A stretch of DNA of 63,888 nucleotides, filler included, from Octopus bimaculoides (taxonomy: Eukaryota), in NCBI RefSeq assembly GCF_001194135.2. It is 6 parts of 6 records of this genome, joined end to end, with 100 filler letters (N's around TTAATTAATTAA, not from the genome) between each part and the next. Parts side by side here need not be neighbours in the genome. Positions count along the whole stretch, not along the records: positions 24,208 to 44,025 come from NC_068981.1; positions 44,126 to 56,332 come from NC_068987.1; 4 more parts are not named here. One strand, written 5' to 3'. Below are positions 38,661 to 49,985 of the stretch, in pieces. A program made the translations under genes and the position numbers. The notes below the pieces were generated by a model. It made no database searches, was not told where the DNA came from, and worked only from the letters and a program-made list of their open reading frames with translations. The stretch's first letter is position 1. Each line of letters begins with the position of its first letter.

Positions 38661-39137
38661 ATGCTTTCTAGGTAAGTATAATCTTGCTACACCTGCCCTT
38701 GGGTGGAAGCCTCCATTCATATTGAACTCTTTCCTAGATCTTCTGTCTAACTTTGCTAATTCCGTTTTTATCCAATCTACAAAAGCTGCCGAGTATCTAA
38801 GTAATGATACTGCCCAAGCATTTTCAGCTTTCACTAGATTCGGACCATTTAGCTTTGACTTCATTAGCTTCTTCACCCTTCTGATGTGCTCTTTCGTTTT
38901 CATTTCTGTAGTTATTACTCTGTCAGATTCTAGTAATCCTAGATATTTATAACTCTCCCCTTTTTTCAATGATTTTGATGTCTGGCCATCTGGTATTTGG
39001 ATACCTTCACGGTTGACTACCTCTCCTCTTCTCATGACTAATATTGCACACTTATCTATGCCAAATTCCATGCCTATATCTTTGCTGTAGAGTCTTACAG
39101 TCTGTATTGAGGAATCTATCTCTTTTTCATTTTTCCC
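38660..39137 (-). mobile_element. R4/Dong-type RT thumb-region fragment, truncated at both ends
   Basis: GKNEKEIDSSIQTVRLYSKDIGMEFGIDKCAIL..YKYLG..SKLNGPNLVKA.NAWAVSLLRYSA..LDRRSRK..HPRAGVARLYLPRK, open until the microsatellite. Confidence 0.9.
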
Positions 39138-39204
39138 TCATGCTATTCAATCTGGGTATTATGCATAAACTCACTTGATAAGTTTTTGCTCTCTTTCAGA
39201 ACAG

Positions 39205-39560
39205 AATAAAAAGCGACGATCTGGCAGAAACGTTACAACATCGGACAAAAATGCTCAGCATTTATTCCGGCTCTTTGCCTTTTGAGCCAAAATCCCGCCA
39301 TGGTCGTCTTTGTCATTCATTCTTTCGAAGTTGATAAAATAGCTACCAGTTGAGCATCGGGGTCGATTTAATTAACTTATCCCCTCTTCCAAAAACCTGC
39401 CGGCCCTGTGCCAAAATTTGAAACCAATACTATTAACGTAGATTAGGGCTGCGAGCTGTCAAAATTGTTAGCGCATCAGGCAAAACGCTTAGCGGCATCT
39501 CGTCCGGTCTTTACGTCCTGAGTTCAAATTCCTTGTGCTAAAATCTGAAGTCAATATTAA
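39205..39560 (+). mobile_element. Two tandem old SINE-A copies (second internally deleted)
   Basis: Heads at ~39210 and ~39446; cores/tails ending TGTGCCAAAATTTGAAAC and TGTGCTAAAATCTGAAG. Confidence 0.8.
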
Positions 39561-39579
39561 GCATGAAGATTGTGGCCTT

Positions 39580-40250
39580 ATAAAAATTTCTCATCTGCAA
39601 TCAGTTACACGTGGGGAGGAGATAAGTCGTTTACACCGACTCCAGTACTCAAGTGGTGCTAATTTTATAGACCCCGGAAGGATGAAAAGCAAAGTTGGCC
39701 TCGGCAAAATTTGAACTCAGAACGTAGAAAGGAATGAAATGCCGCTAAGCACCTTTTCCAGGCGTACGAACAATTCTTCCAACTCGCAGCCCTATTCCAC
39801 ATTGATAATCCTTTCTACTGTAGGCACAAGGCCTGAAATTTGGGGGAAAGGATTAAGTCGATTATATCGACCTCAGTGCGTAACTGGTGCTTATTCAATC
39901 GACCCCGAAAGGGAAGAAAGGCAAAGTCGACCTACGCCGAATTTTAACTCAGAACGCAGCGACGGGCAATATACCGTTGAGCATTTCGTGCAGCGCGCTA
40001 ACGATTCTGCCAGTTCACCGCCTTATTTCACATTAATAATATTTACTTCTTTAATGCCCACGGGGGACTAAACATGGAGGAGACAAACAAGGACAGACAA
40101 AGGGATTAAGTCGATTACATCAAACCCTCCAGTACGCAACTGGTACTTACTTTAACAACCCCGAAAGGATGAAAGTCAAACTTGACCTCGGCGGAATTTG
40201 AACTCAGAACGTAACAGCAGACGAAATACCGCTAAGCATTACGCCACCTT
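39580..40250 (-). mobile_element. Three head-to-tail SINE-A copies (old A, A2, A1) with a repeated 17-bp target at each head
   Basis: Copies ~39580-39792, 39810-40023, 40041-40249; TATTCCACATTAATAAT-like sequences at 39793, 40024, 40250. Confidence 0.9.
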
Positions 40251-40871
40251 ATTCCACATTAATGATATTATCTACATACACTTCGTTCAGGGATGTTACG
40301 TGATCCATTCACGAAAGTAGACATAACAATGAAATTAAATTTGGATTTTTGCACTTCCTGCTATGTGTTCGTAACCATTTCTTCTGTATCTCACCTTCGC
40401 GTGAAGATCGACCGCTTTTTAGAACAAGATGCGAGGACTTCATTTCTCGAAACAACATTATGAGGTTACTAAGAGCTGGAGTTGTAAATCTTGAGTCGAC
40501 CATATTGAATTTTATGGACGTACGATATTGTTTTTGATTTTCAAAATGTTTTCTGAAACAATTTCAGTACCTGAGGTCTCATGTCTGAATCTATTCGAAA
40601 GTGATAATATGAAAAGATTTTAAATTGATAAAATATATAAAGTGTTTTTCATGCAGGAATAATATGATGACATATTTCATTATCTATATTCTATGTTGGT
40701 TAAAATTATTAACGTATAAAAAAAATAATACAACGATACTGATTTTCAACATACACTGTCGGTTGTGTACATGTATATACATGCACACACAGACATATAT
40801 ATATATGTCTATCTACACCTATAAATATATATGTCTGTGTGTATATATATGCATATATATAATTATTATTA

Positions 40872-40930
<59 letters not shown>

Positions 40931-41072
40931 GCGTGTGTGGGTGTATGTGTGTGTGTGTGAGTAAGGCTGTGCACATATTGCGGTAGTTTACATATGATAG
41001 TTTACATAAACAATAGTGTTGTAAGTATATATAGCCTTATGTGTGTGTATGTGTGTGCGTGTGTATGTGCAC

Positions 41073-41150
<78 letters not shown>

Positions 41151-43117
41151 NNNNNNNNNNNNNNNNNNNNNNNNNNNNNNNNNNNNNNNNNNNNNNNNNN
41201 NNNNNNNNNNNNNNNNNNNNNNNNNNNNNNNNNNNNNNNNNNNNNNNNNNNNNNNNNNNNNNNNNNNNNNNNNNNNNNNNNNNNNNNNNNNNNNNNNNNN
41301 NNNNNNNNNNNNNNNNNNNNNNNNNNNNNNNNNNNNNNNNNNNNNNNNNNNNNNNNNNNNNNNNNNNNNNNNNNNNNNNNNNNNNNNNNNNNNNNNNNNN
41401 NNNNNNNNNNNNNNNNNNNNNNNNNNNNNNNNNNNNNNNNNNNNNNNNNNNNNNNNNNNNNNNNNNNNNNNNNNNNNNNNNNNNNNNNNNNNNNNNNNNN
41501 NNNNNNNNNNNNNNNNNNNNNNNNNNNNNNNNNNNNNNNNNNNNNNNNNNNNNNNNNNNNNNNNNNNNNNNNNNNNNNNNNNNNNNNNNNNNNNNNNNNN
41601 NNNNNNNNNNNNNNNNNNNNNNNNNNNNNNNNNNNNNNNNNNNNNNNNNNNNNNNNNNNNNNNNNNNNNNNNNNNNNNNNNNNNNNNNNNNNNNNNNNNN
41701 NNNNNNNNNNNNNNNNNNNNNNNNNNNNNNNNNNNNNNNNNNNNNNNNNNNNNNNNNNNNNNNNNNNNNNNNNNNNNNNNNNNNNNNNNNNNNNNNNNNN
41801 NNNNNNNNNNNNNNNNNNNNNNNNNNNNNNNNNNNNNNNNNNNNNNNNNNNNNNNNNNNNNNNNNNNNNNNNNNNNNNNNNNNGGTGGTGGTGCTGGTGC
41901 TGGTGCTGGTGCTGGTGGTGCTGGTGCTGGTGTTGGTTGTGGTGCTGGAGGTTTTGCTGGTAGTGGTGGTGGTAGAGGTGGTGGTGGTAACAATGATAGT
42001 GATGGTGGCGATGGTAGTTGTGGTCTTGTCGAGGAGAGGAAGTGCCGTCGATATATCGCTATTCCTGGTGGTAGTGGTGACGATGGCAGCAGCGACGTTC
42101 TTGTTGGTAATGGAGACAGATGTCTGTGGTGGTGCTCCCGCCGTCGCTGGTAGAACTGATGAGGCTAATGGCGGTACTTGCGAGAGGCAGTGTTAATGTT
42201 TGATGTACGAAAACGTGTTTCAAAATATTTATTTGGATGAACAATTATCACTTGTGTACCTTCAAATTTTATCACCTTTTACCCAACCTCCTCCCACTAC
42301 ACATATTTTACCAAAGATTTTCACAAGCAGAATATGACAGGTGTATTTACATATATGTGTGTGTGTGTGTGTGTGAATATAAGAGTGTATGTAGGTTTGT
42401 TTGTGTGTGTGTGCATGTGTAGGTATGTGTCTGCATTTATTTCAGTTATATATAACAACTGTAACTATGTATGAGGTGTGTGTGTGTCTGTATGTGTATG
42501 TGTGTGTATGTNNNNNNNNNNGTGTGTGTGTGTGGAGATCTGTTTGCGTACGGATATATATGAGATATTGAGTTTTTATGTGTGCACAATTGTGCTTGTG
42601 TGTATGTGTGTGTGTGTATGTGTGTGTGTGTGTGTGTGTGTGCTTGTGTGTGTGTATTTGTCTGTGTATGTGTGTGTATGTGTGTGTATGTATGTGTGTA
42701 TGTATGTGTGTGCGTGTGTGTGTGTATGTGTGTGTTTGTGTGTATGTATGTGTGTGTGTGCGTGTGTGTGTGTGTGTTTCACCAATTATATTTGTTCCGC
42801 TTTTGGCATAGAGAGAAAATAGAAACAAATGATAAAATTCCATACGGACGGCTTATGCACACAGATACACTAGCGCACACCCAAACACACACACAGACAC
42901 ACACATACACACACACGCATGCGGATTCAGACTCACATATATATGAGCGTGTGAGTGTGCACGCGCGTGTGTGTCTGTGTGCATAATTCGTCCGTTAGGG
43001 CGAGTAAGCGGAAAAGAGAAAAATTGCTCCATACATAGATTATTGCTAGCAATATACTTACATGCATAATTTATATATGTATACAGTCAAATGAATATAT
43101 GTACGAGTATAGATAGG

Positions 43118-43209
<92 letters not shown>

Positions 43210-43985
43210 TACATACATACATACATATATACGTATGTATGTACTTACGTACGTATGTACGTACATAAGTTTGTATATCTGTATGTATATGTTTTTCTAT
43301 ATACGTATGTATATGTGTATATTTATCCAACGTTTAAATAGAAATATAAACAAATATATGTATATGGCGTTAAAAATTTAATGTATACAGAAATATGTGT
43401 ATTTGAATATACTAAACATTTTATTTAAATATATGCACAGACTTTAAAGATGCAAATATATATACGGATGTACGTATGTATACATGCGTGTATTATATGT
43501 ATGTATGTATGTATGTATGCATGTATGCATGCATGTATGTATGTATGTATGTATGTATGCGTGTATGTATGCATGTATGTGTGTATGCGCGTGTGTATGT
43601 ATGTATGTATGTATGAGGAGTGCATGTGCATATGTACATGGATATAGCTTCTCATTAAAATGTTTTGACAAAAGCACTTTAAATAAAACTGTATATGTGT
43701 TATGCAGTACGTGTGGGGAGGTGTGTAAATGGTTTCTAAGATATGCATGCACGCGTGAGTGTGTGTGTGTGTGTTTGTGCATCAGTGTGGGTGTGAGTGG
43801 GTGCGGTTCTGTGCGGGTGTGTATGGTTGTGAGTTTATAAGAGTGGGTGCGCGTGATTTTTTGTATGTGTGCATTTGTGTGTCTGGGCAATATGCATACA
43901 AATATAGTTAGATAGATAGACAGATCATGTAGATATGTATGTAGGTAAGTAAGTAGGTAAGTAAGTATATATATATGTATATATT

Positions 43986-44022
<37 letters not shown>

Positions 44023-44125
44023 ATANNNNNNNNNNNNNNNNNNNNNNNNNNNNNNNNNNNNNNNNNNNNTTAATTAATTAANNNNNNNNNNNNNNNNNNN
44101 NNNNNNNNNNNNNNNNNNNNNNNNN

Positions 44126-44186
<61 letters not shown>

Positions 44187-44279
44187 TATGTGGTAAGACT
44201 TCAACAAGTAGAACACCATTCATTCAGCTAAGAGAGAAAAGATAACGTTATACTAAAAACCATAAGACTTGTTAGCTTA

Positions 44280-44424
44280 CAGGTAGCCAGGGTATCGCGG
44301 CCGAAACATTTATTTTGCTATTTTTCAAGCTTAGAACAAAACGGTTTGACGAAAAACAGACGTCTTTTTCTCAGTTTGAAAATTGACGAAATAAATGTTT
44401 AGGCTGCGAAACCCTGGGTACCTG
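44280..44424. mobile_element. Tc1/mariner-type MITE (145 bp)
   Basis: TA-CAGGTAGCCAGGGTATCGCGGCCGAAACATTTATTT ... AAATAAATGTTTAGGCTGCGAAACCCTGGGTACCTG-TA; 36-bp TIR with 4 mismatches, TA duplication. Confidence 0.85.
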
Positions 44425-44748
44425 TAATTAATAAGACTTGTTAAATATAGAGAGAGAGAGACAGACAGACGTGGTAGATAGATAGATAGACAGACAGACA
44501 GACAAACTGACAGACAGACAGACATACAGATAGATGGATAGACAGACAGACAGATCTATAAACAGACAGACAAACTGACAGACAGACAAAGTGACAGACA
44601 AGCAGGCTGACAGACAGACAGACAGATAGATAGATAGAGATCTCTGCGTACATATTTATGAATATGTATATATAAGTACACACACACACTTTAGGCATGA
44701 CCTGTTCTATATGAGAAAGTGTCATCAGAAATCGTTCCAGAAAATATA

Positions 44749-44948
44749 GAGGGGACAAACAAGGACAGACAAACGGATTAAGTCGATTACTTCGACCTCA
44801 GTGCGTAACTGGTACTTATTTAATCGACCCCGAAAGAATGAAAGGCAAAGTCGACCTCGAAGGAATTTGAACGCAGAACGTAACGGCAAACGAAATACTG
44901 CTAAGCATTTCGCCCGGCGTGCTAACGATTCTGCCAGCTCGCCGCCTT
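44749..44948 (-). mobile_element. SINE-A1, 3'-truncated, 10-bp TSD
   Basis: AGAAAATATA at 44739-44748 and 44949-44958. Confidence 0.93.
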
Positions 44949-44976
44949 AGAAAATATACATATTGGTACGTGTGTT

Positions 44977-45156
44977 AGACAAACGGATTAAATCGATTAT
45001 ATCCACCCAGTGCGTAACTGGTACTTATTTAATCGACCCCGAAAGGAGGAAAGGCAAAGTCGACCTCGGCGGAATTTGAACTCAGAACGTAGCGGGCAGA
45101 CGAAATACCGCTAAGCATTTCGCCCGGTGTGCTAACGGTTCTGCCAGCTCGCCGCC
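44977..45156 (-). mobile_element. SINE-A1, 3'-truncated, 16-bp TSD
   Basis: ATATTGGTACGTGTGT at 44960-44975 and 45157-45172. Confidence 0.93.
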
Positions 45157-45254
45157 ATATTGGTACGTGTGTGTGTATGTATGTATGTATGTATGTATGT
45201 ATGTATGTATGTATGTATGTATGTACGTTTGTATTTATGTATGTATGTATATAC

Positions 45255-45397
45255 GTACGCATGCATACATAAATCACTCACAAGGCACTGGTCGTCCCGG
45301 AGCAATAGTAGGAGACACTTGCCCAAGGTCCAACGCAATTTGACTTAACCTGGAACCATGTGGTTGCAAAGCGAAGTTCATAACCACGTAATCGTGC
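45255..45397 (-). mobile_element. SINE-B 5' fragment
   Basis: Reverse complement: CAACCACATGGTTCCAGGTT..CCTTGGGCAAGTGTCTCCTACTATTGC..CCTTGTGAGTG. Confidence 0.8.
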
Positions 45398-45757
45398 ATT
45401 CAACTGGTACCTAGTGAAAAGGAAAAAAAATAATAAAATACCAGCATCCCCAGTTCAGGCTCGAACCAGTGAACAAGTATTTCGAATCAGTAGCAATAAC
45501 CACCTCTCCATTGGCCATAGCAGATCAATTTCATACGCTCGCCTTTTAATCTCATGGTAAGGAAAGAGAGAGTTGTCTCCCTTACACTACTAATTTTCTC
45601 GTCTGGTTTCGAAGTATATTCTATAATTGTCGTATTTGCATTGCGTAGGCACATTAATGCATACGATTACAAATCGTATTACGAAAGGGTATCAATGAAT
45701 ATGGTTTAGCCTTTGGATATAAATAATTTAAACTAGAGAGAGTTATTAATTACATGT

Positions 45758-45975
45758 GGCGGTGAGCTGACAGAAACGTTAACACGCCGGACGAAATGCC
45801 TAGCGGTATTTCGTCTGTGTTTATGTTCTGAGTTGAAATTCTGCCGAGGTTGACTTTGCATTTCACCCTTTCGGGGTCGATAAATTAAGTACCAGATGCG
45901 TACTGGTGTAGTTTAATCTACTGGCCGCCCTCCCAAAAATCTTCGGGCTTTGTACCTAGAATAGAAAAGAATATA
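45758..45975 (+). mobile_element. SINE-A2, full length
   Basis: Head, core and A2 tail ..TTGTACCTAGAATAGAAAAGAATA. Confidence 0.9.
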
Positions 45976-46025
45976 CGAAGTATGTATTTTGAAATTTCAT
46001 TACGTATTTTAATATTTTTAGCTGC

Positions 46026-46056
<31 letters not shown>

Positions 46057-46061
46057 TGTGT

Positions 46062-46253
46062 GGAGGCGCTGCTATGTGGTAAGAAACTTGCTTTCCAACC
46101 ACATGGTTACGGTTTCAATCCTACTGCGTGGCACCTAAGACAAGGGTCTTCTGCTATAGCCTTGTAAATAGATTTGGTAGACGGAAACTGAAAGAAGCCC
46201 GTCATGTGTGTGTGTATATATATATATATGTATATATATATTATGTATGTATA
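46062..46253 (+). mobile_element. SINE-B 5' half; internal microsatellite runs into gap
   Basis: GGAGGCGCTGCTATGTGGTAAGAAACTTGC..GGTAGACGGAAACTGAAAGAAGCCCGTC. Confidence 0.85.
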
Positions 46254-46642
46254 TNNNNNNNNNNNNNNNNNNNNNNNNNNNNNNNNNNNNNNNNNNNNNN
46301 NNNNNNNNNNNNNNNNNNNNNNNNNNNNNNNNNNNNNNNNNNNNNNNNNNNNNNNNNNNNNNNNNNNNNNNNNNNNNNNNNNNNNNNNNNNNNNNNNNNN
46401 NNNNNNNNNNNNNNNNNNNNNNNNNNNNNNNNNNNNNNNNNNNNNNNNNNNNNNNNNNNNNNNNNNNNNNNNNNNNNNNNNNNNNNNNNNNNNNNNNNNN
46501 NNNNNNNNNNNNNNNNNNNNNNNNNNNNNNNNNNNNNNNNNNNNNNNNNNNNNNNNNNNNNNNNNNNNNNNNNNNNNNNNNNNNNNNNNNNNNNNNNNNN
46601 NNNNNNNNNNNNNNNNNNNNNTATATGTATGTATGTATGTGT

Positions 46643-46887
46643 GGAGGCGCAATGGCCCAGTGGTTAGGGCAGCGGACTCGCGGTCATAGGATCGCGGTTT
46701 CGATTCCCAGACCGGGCGTTGTGAGTGTTTATTGAGCGAAAACACCTGAAGCTTCACGAGAACTACGTTAAGGGTACACGTGTCTATGGAGTGCTCAGCC
46801 ACTTGCACGTTAATTTCACGAGCAGGCTGTTCCGTTGATCGGATCAACTGGAACCCTCGACGTCGTAAGCGACGGAGTGCCAACAAC
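46643..46887 (+). mobile_element. SINE-C (tRNA-derived head, internally deleted) with (CAA) tail
   Basis: A-box TGGCCCAGTGG, B-box GGTTTCGATTCCC, tail ..CGTCGTAAGCGACGGAGTGCCAACAAC. Confidence 0.85.
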
Positions 46888-46999
46888 ATGTATGTATGTA
46901 TGTATGTATGTATGTATGTATGTATGTATGTATGTATAAGGATAGTCATAGTAAAAGAGTTCCGTGTGAAAAGTCATTTAAATAAAAGGGTTGACAACC

Positions 47000-47312
47000 G
47001 CTGAGTTTACGATAGGCATCTCACGATCGCAGGGCATGAGTTCAATTCCCGCCGACGCATTGTGTCCTTCAGCAAGAGACTTTATTTCACGCTTTCTCCA
47101 ATCCATTCAGCTGGCAAAAATTAGTTATACCAGTAATTCAAACGGCCAGCCTTGTCACATTTTGTGTCACACTGAATCTCCCTGAGAACTACGTTAAGGG
47201 TACACGTGTCTGTGGAGTGCTCAGCCACTTGCATGTGAATTTCACGAGCAGGCTGTTCCGTTGATCGGATCAACTGGAACCCTTATCGTCGTAACCGACG
47301 AAGTGCCACGAC
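47000..47312 (+). mobile_element. SINE-D (different head, same tail as SINE-C)
   Basis: B-box GAGTTCAATTCCC; last ~125 bp nearly identical to 46758-46882. Confidence 0.85.
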
Positions 47313-47914
47313 ATATATATATATATAACAAGAACGGAATAGAGGGCATTAAAACGTTCGAACAGATAGACGACATAAAGGCGGACAAGAGAAACAACAA
47401 TTAGAAGGACTGGCAAAANNNNNNNNNNCATAAAGGCGGACAAGAGAAACAACAATTAGAAGGACTGGCAAAAAAAGACGGGTCATTCTTGGCTTTCTTT
47501 CATCAGTCAAGTTCCAGAAGTCACGACCATTTCGGATAGTCACACTTGAGATGGTTCGATCTGGTTGTCTCCCAAAAAGTCTAAGCTAAGAGTATTAGAC
47601 CCCTTTGGTAAGAAATCTAGCGAATGTGTACGTAACAAAGACAAAAAACAAACAAACAAAGAAACAAAACGGAGAACATGGTACACAATTACGACTATAA
47701 CAAGAAATAACAACAGGCGTCTTTCGACAGAGAACGAATCAAATTGAGCTGGCGAGTATGAAGTAAAAGCCTAAAGGCAGGAACATGGGAGATGGACACA
47801 AGACGTGTTGACAGCCAGGCCAAGAAAGAAATGTGTGTGTGTGTATGTGTGATAGGATCACCCGTCGGAGACGACGTACGCGCGTTCAACTTTTACTGAA
47901 CGACCTCCACAAAT

Positions 47915-48135
47915 GATTTGTTTATAGTGATCGAATGTTCGTGCCACACCTTAGCTCTGTCTCTCCATCACATCGATGTTGTCTTAACAGGTGCAAGGTG
48001 TAAACACGCGTCAGGTGTCAAAGAGCAACGACGTGAAATGAACGAAATCTTTTGCTCAAGAACCCAACGGACCACCCGGTCTACGAATTGAAACCACGAT
48101 CTTGCGAACTTAACCACTAGGCCTTACGTCTTCAC
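47915..48135 (-). mobile_element. SINE-E-like copy (old)
   Basis: Reverse-complement head CTAGTGGTTAAG..GATCGTGGTTTCAATTC..TTCTTGAGCAAAAG resembles 54268-54370. Confidence 0.6.
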
Positions 48136-48154
48136 GATGTGCATGTGTGTGTGT

Positions 48155-48205
<51 letters not shown>

Positions 48206-48420
48206 TGTGTGCGTGCGTGTGTGTCCAAAGAGTTTTTTTAACCTAGTATTTACACGCTATTGTTTATAACTTAATCTGCTTCGAGATTCACCGTTCCAAA
48301 AAAGAATTATTTCATGTTCCCTTGAAAATTTCAAATTCCTATGTGTCATTATTTCTAAGCGCATGCGTCGTAGTATTCGCATGTGTATGTGTATGGGTGT
48401 GTACGTTTTGGTGTTTTTAT

Positions 48421-48600
48421 TGTGTTTGTCCGCTCCTACCATTTGACAGCCCCTGTGGGATTCTTTACGTCTCCATAAATCTCTAGCATAAGTACCAGGG
48501 TCGATATAAAAATAAGTGATGGGATCGATTTGTTCGATTAACCCCTACAAGGCGATGCCCCAGTATGGCCACGGTCCAATAACGGAAACAGATAAGAAAG
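48421..48600 (+). mobile_element. SINE-B 3' fragment (old)
   Basis: TTTACGTCTCC..GATCGATTTGTTCGA..GATGCCCCAGTATGGCCAC. Confidence 0.65.
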
Positions 48601-49049
48601 ATACGATGGCGTTAACCGACAAGAACAAATTTGAAGGCTAAAGTCAAGTAAGAGTTACCTCCCTGCATTGGTCTCGTTTGATTTTGCCGTCACGGTAAAA
48701 CTTTATTTGAGGTTTTGCTGGAGGTTATTTCAAGAAAACCTGGGATATTTGTGGGGTTTGTCGTCAGATCAGGACAATTTCACCAAGGTTTCGGAGCAGA
48801 TAAATAGGAAAATATTATATCATGGTTATGGATGGTAGGTGGGATGGGGTGTAGCAAAATGTGAAAAATTGAAATTGTTCCGAAAACTATTTTCTTCAGA
48901 ATCGTAATTTGTGTGGTACGAAACGCAAGAATATTATAAAATGAAGGCGGGTGAGTGGGGCTACGTTTTTTTTCCTTTCCCATAAAATACAGGTGGTACA
49001 TCTTGTCCGATATTCCGCGCAATTCCTCAGTCAATATACGAATGCTTTT

Positions 49050-49475
49050 AGGGCGGCGAGCTGGCAGAAACGTTAGAACGCCAGGCGAAATACTTAGCGG
49101 TCTTTCGTCTGTCTTTACTTTCTCGGTTCAAATTCCGCTGAGGTCGACTTTGCCTTTCATCCTTTCGGGGTCGATAAATTAAGTAAGAGTTACGCACTGT
49201 GGTCGATATAATCGACTTAACCCCTTTGTCTGTCCTTGTTTGTCCCCTCTATGTTTAGCCCCTTGTGGGCAGTAAAGAAATAAGAAACGTTAGCACGCCG
49301 GGCGAAATGCTTAGCGATATTTTGTCTGTCTTTACGTTCTGAGTTCAAATTCTGCTGAGGTCGACTTTGCCTTTCAGGTCGATAAATTAAGTACCAGTTG
49401 CGTACTGAGGTAGATCTAATCGACTGCCCCCCTCCCCAAAAATCTGGGACCTTGTGCTTAGAGTAGAAAAGAATA
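49050..49475 (+). mobile_element. SINE-A1 (49050-49283) fused directly to a SINE-A2 lacking its first ~16 nt (49284-49475)
   Basis: ..GGGCAGTAAAGAAATAA|GAAACGTTAGCACGCCGGGCGAAATGC.. Confidence 0.92.
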
Positions 49476-49552
49476 TACGAATTTTTTTGAATTCCAGTCA
49501 AATAGCCTCGTACGCAGAGTTTAGCCGTTTTGTTTCGCATAATTACTTGGGA

Positions 49553-49985
49553 GCAGGCTTGGCTGTGTGATAAAGAAATTCACTTGCCAATCATGTGGTT
49601 TTGGGTTCAGTCCCACAGCGCGGCTCCCTGCAAAAGGTGTCCACCGTATACCAGGGCTGACCCAATACCTTGTGAGTGAACTCGGCATATGGGAACTGTA
49701 TGAACGTCTGCTGCGCGCGCACGCGGGTGAGTGCGTGTGTGTGTATGTGTGTGCGCTCGCGCGTGCGTGTGTGTGTTTGCCCTACCCCTCCATTCTCCTT
49801 TTGGCTTTTTTTCAACTCCCTGTAACTCAGTTTTTTGGCATAAGAAACCGATGGAATGAATAAAAGAGTTTGGCAAAAAAATGAATAAATAAATAATGCA
49901 GTGGGTCTTATCCGACGAAAATCTTTCAAGATGATGCTCCGGCATGGCCGTAGTCCAATGACTAAACTGTGAAAAAAGATAAGAA
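49553..49985 (+). mobile_element. SINE-B, near full length, old
   Basis: Head TGGCTGTGTGATAA..GGGTTCAGTCCC, internal (TG/CG) tract, tail GATGCTCCGGCATGGCCGTAGTCCAATGACT. Confidence 0.75.

Noticed and set aside
39793-40266. CRISPR-like repeat-spacer pattern
   Set aside because: The 'spacers' are ~215-bp homologous SINEs, the repeat is 17 bp, the context is eukaryotic and there are no cas genes.
41885-42196. Gly/Ala-rich structural-protein-like reading
   Set aside because: Degenerate (GGT/GCT)n open in all frames next to a gap; same class as 24208-24420.
46643-46720. tRNA-like sequences at SINE heads
   Set aside because: A/B boxes are present, but there is no complete cloverleaf and they continue into SINE bodies.
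47374-47473. 45-bp direct repeat
   Set aside because: Exact duplicate on both sides of a 10-N gap: unmerged contig overlap.
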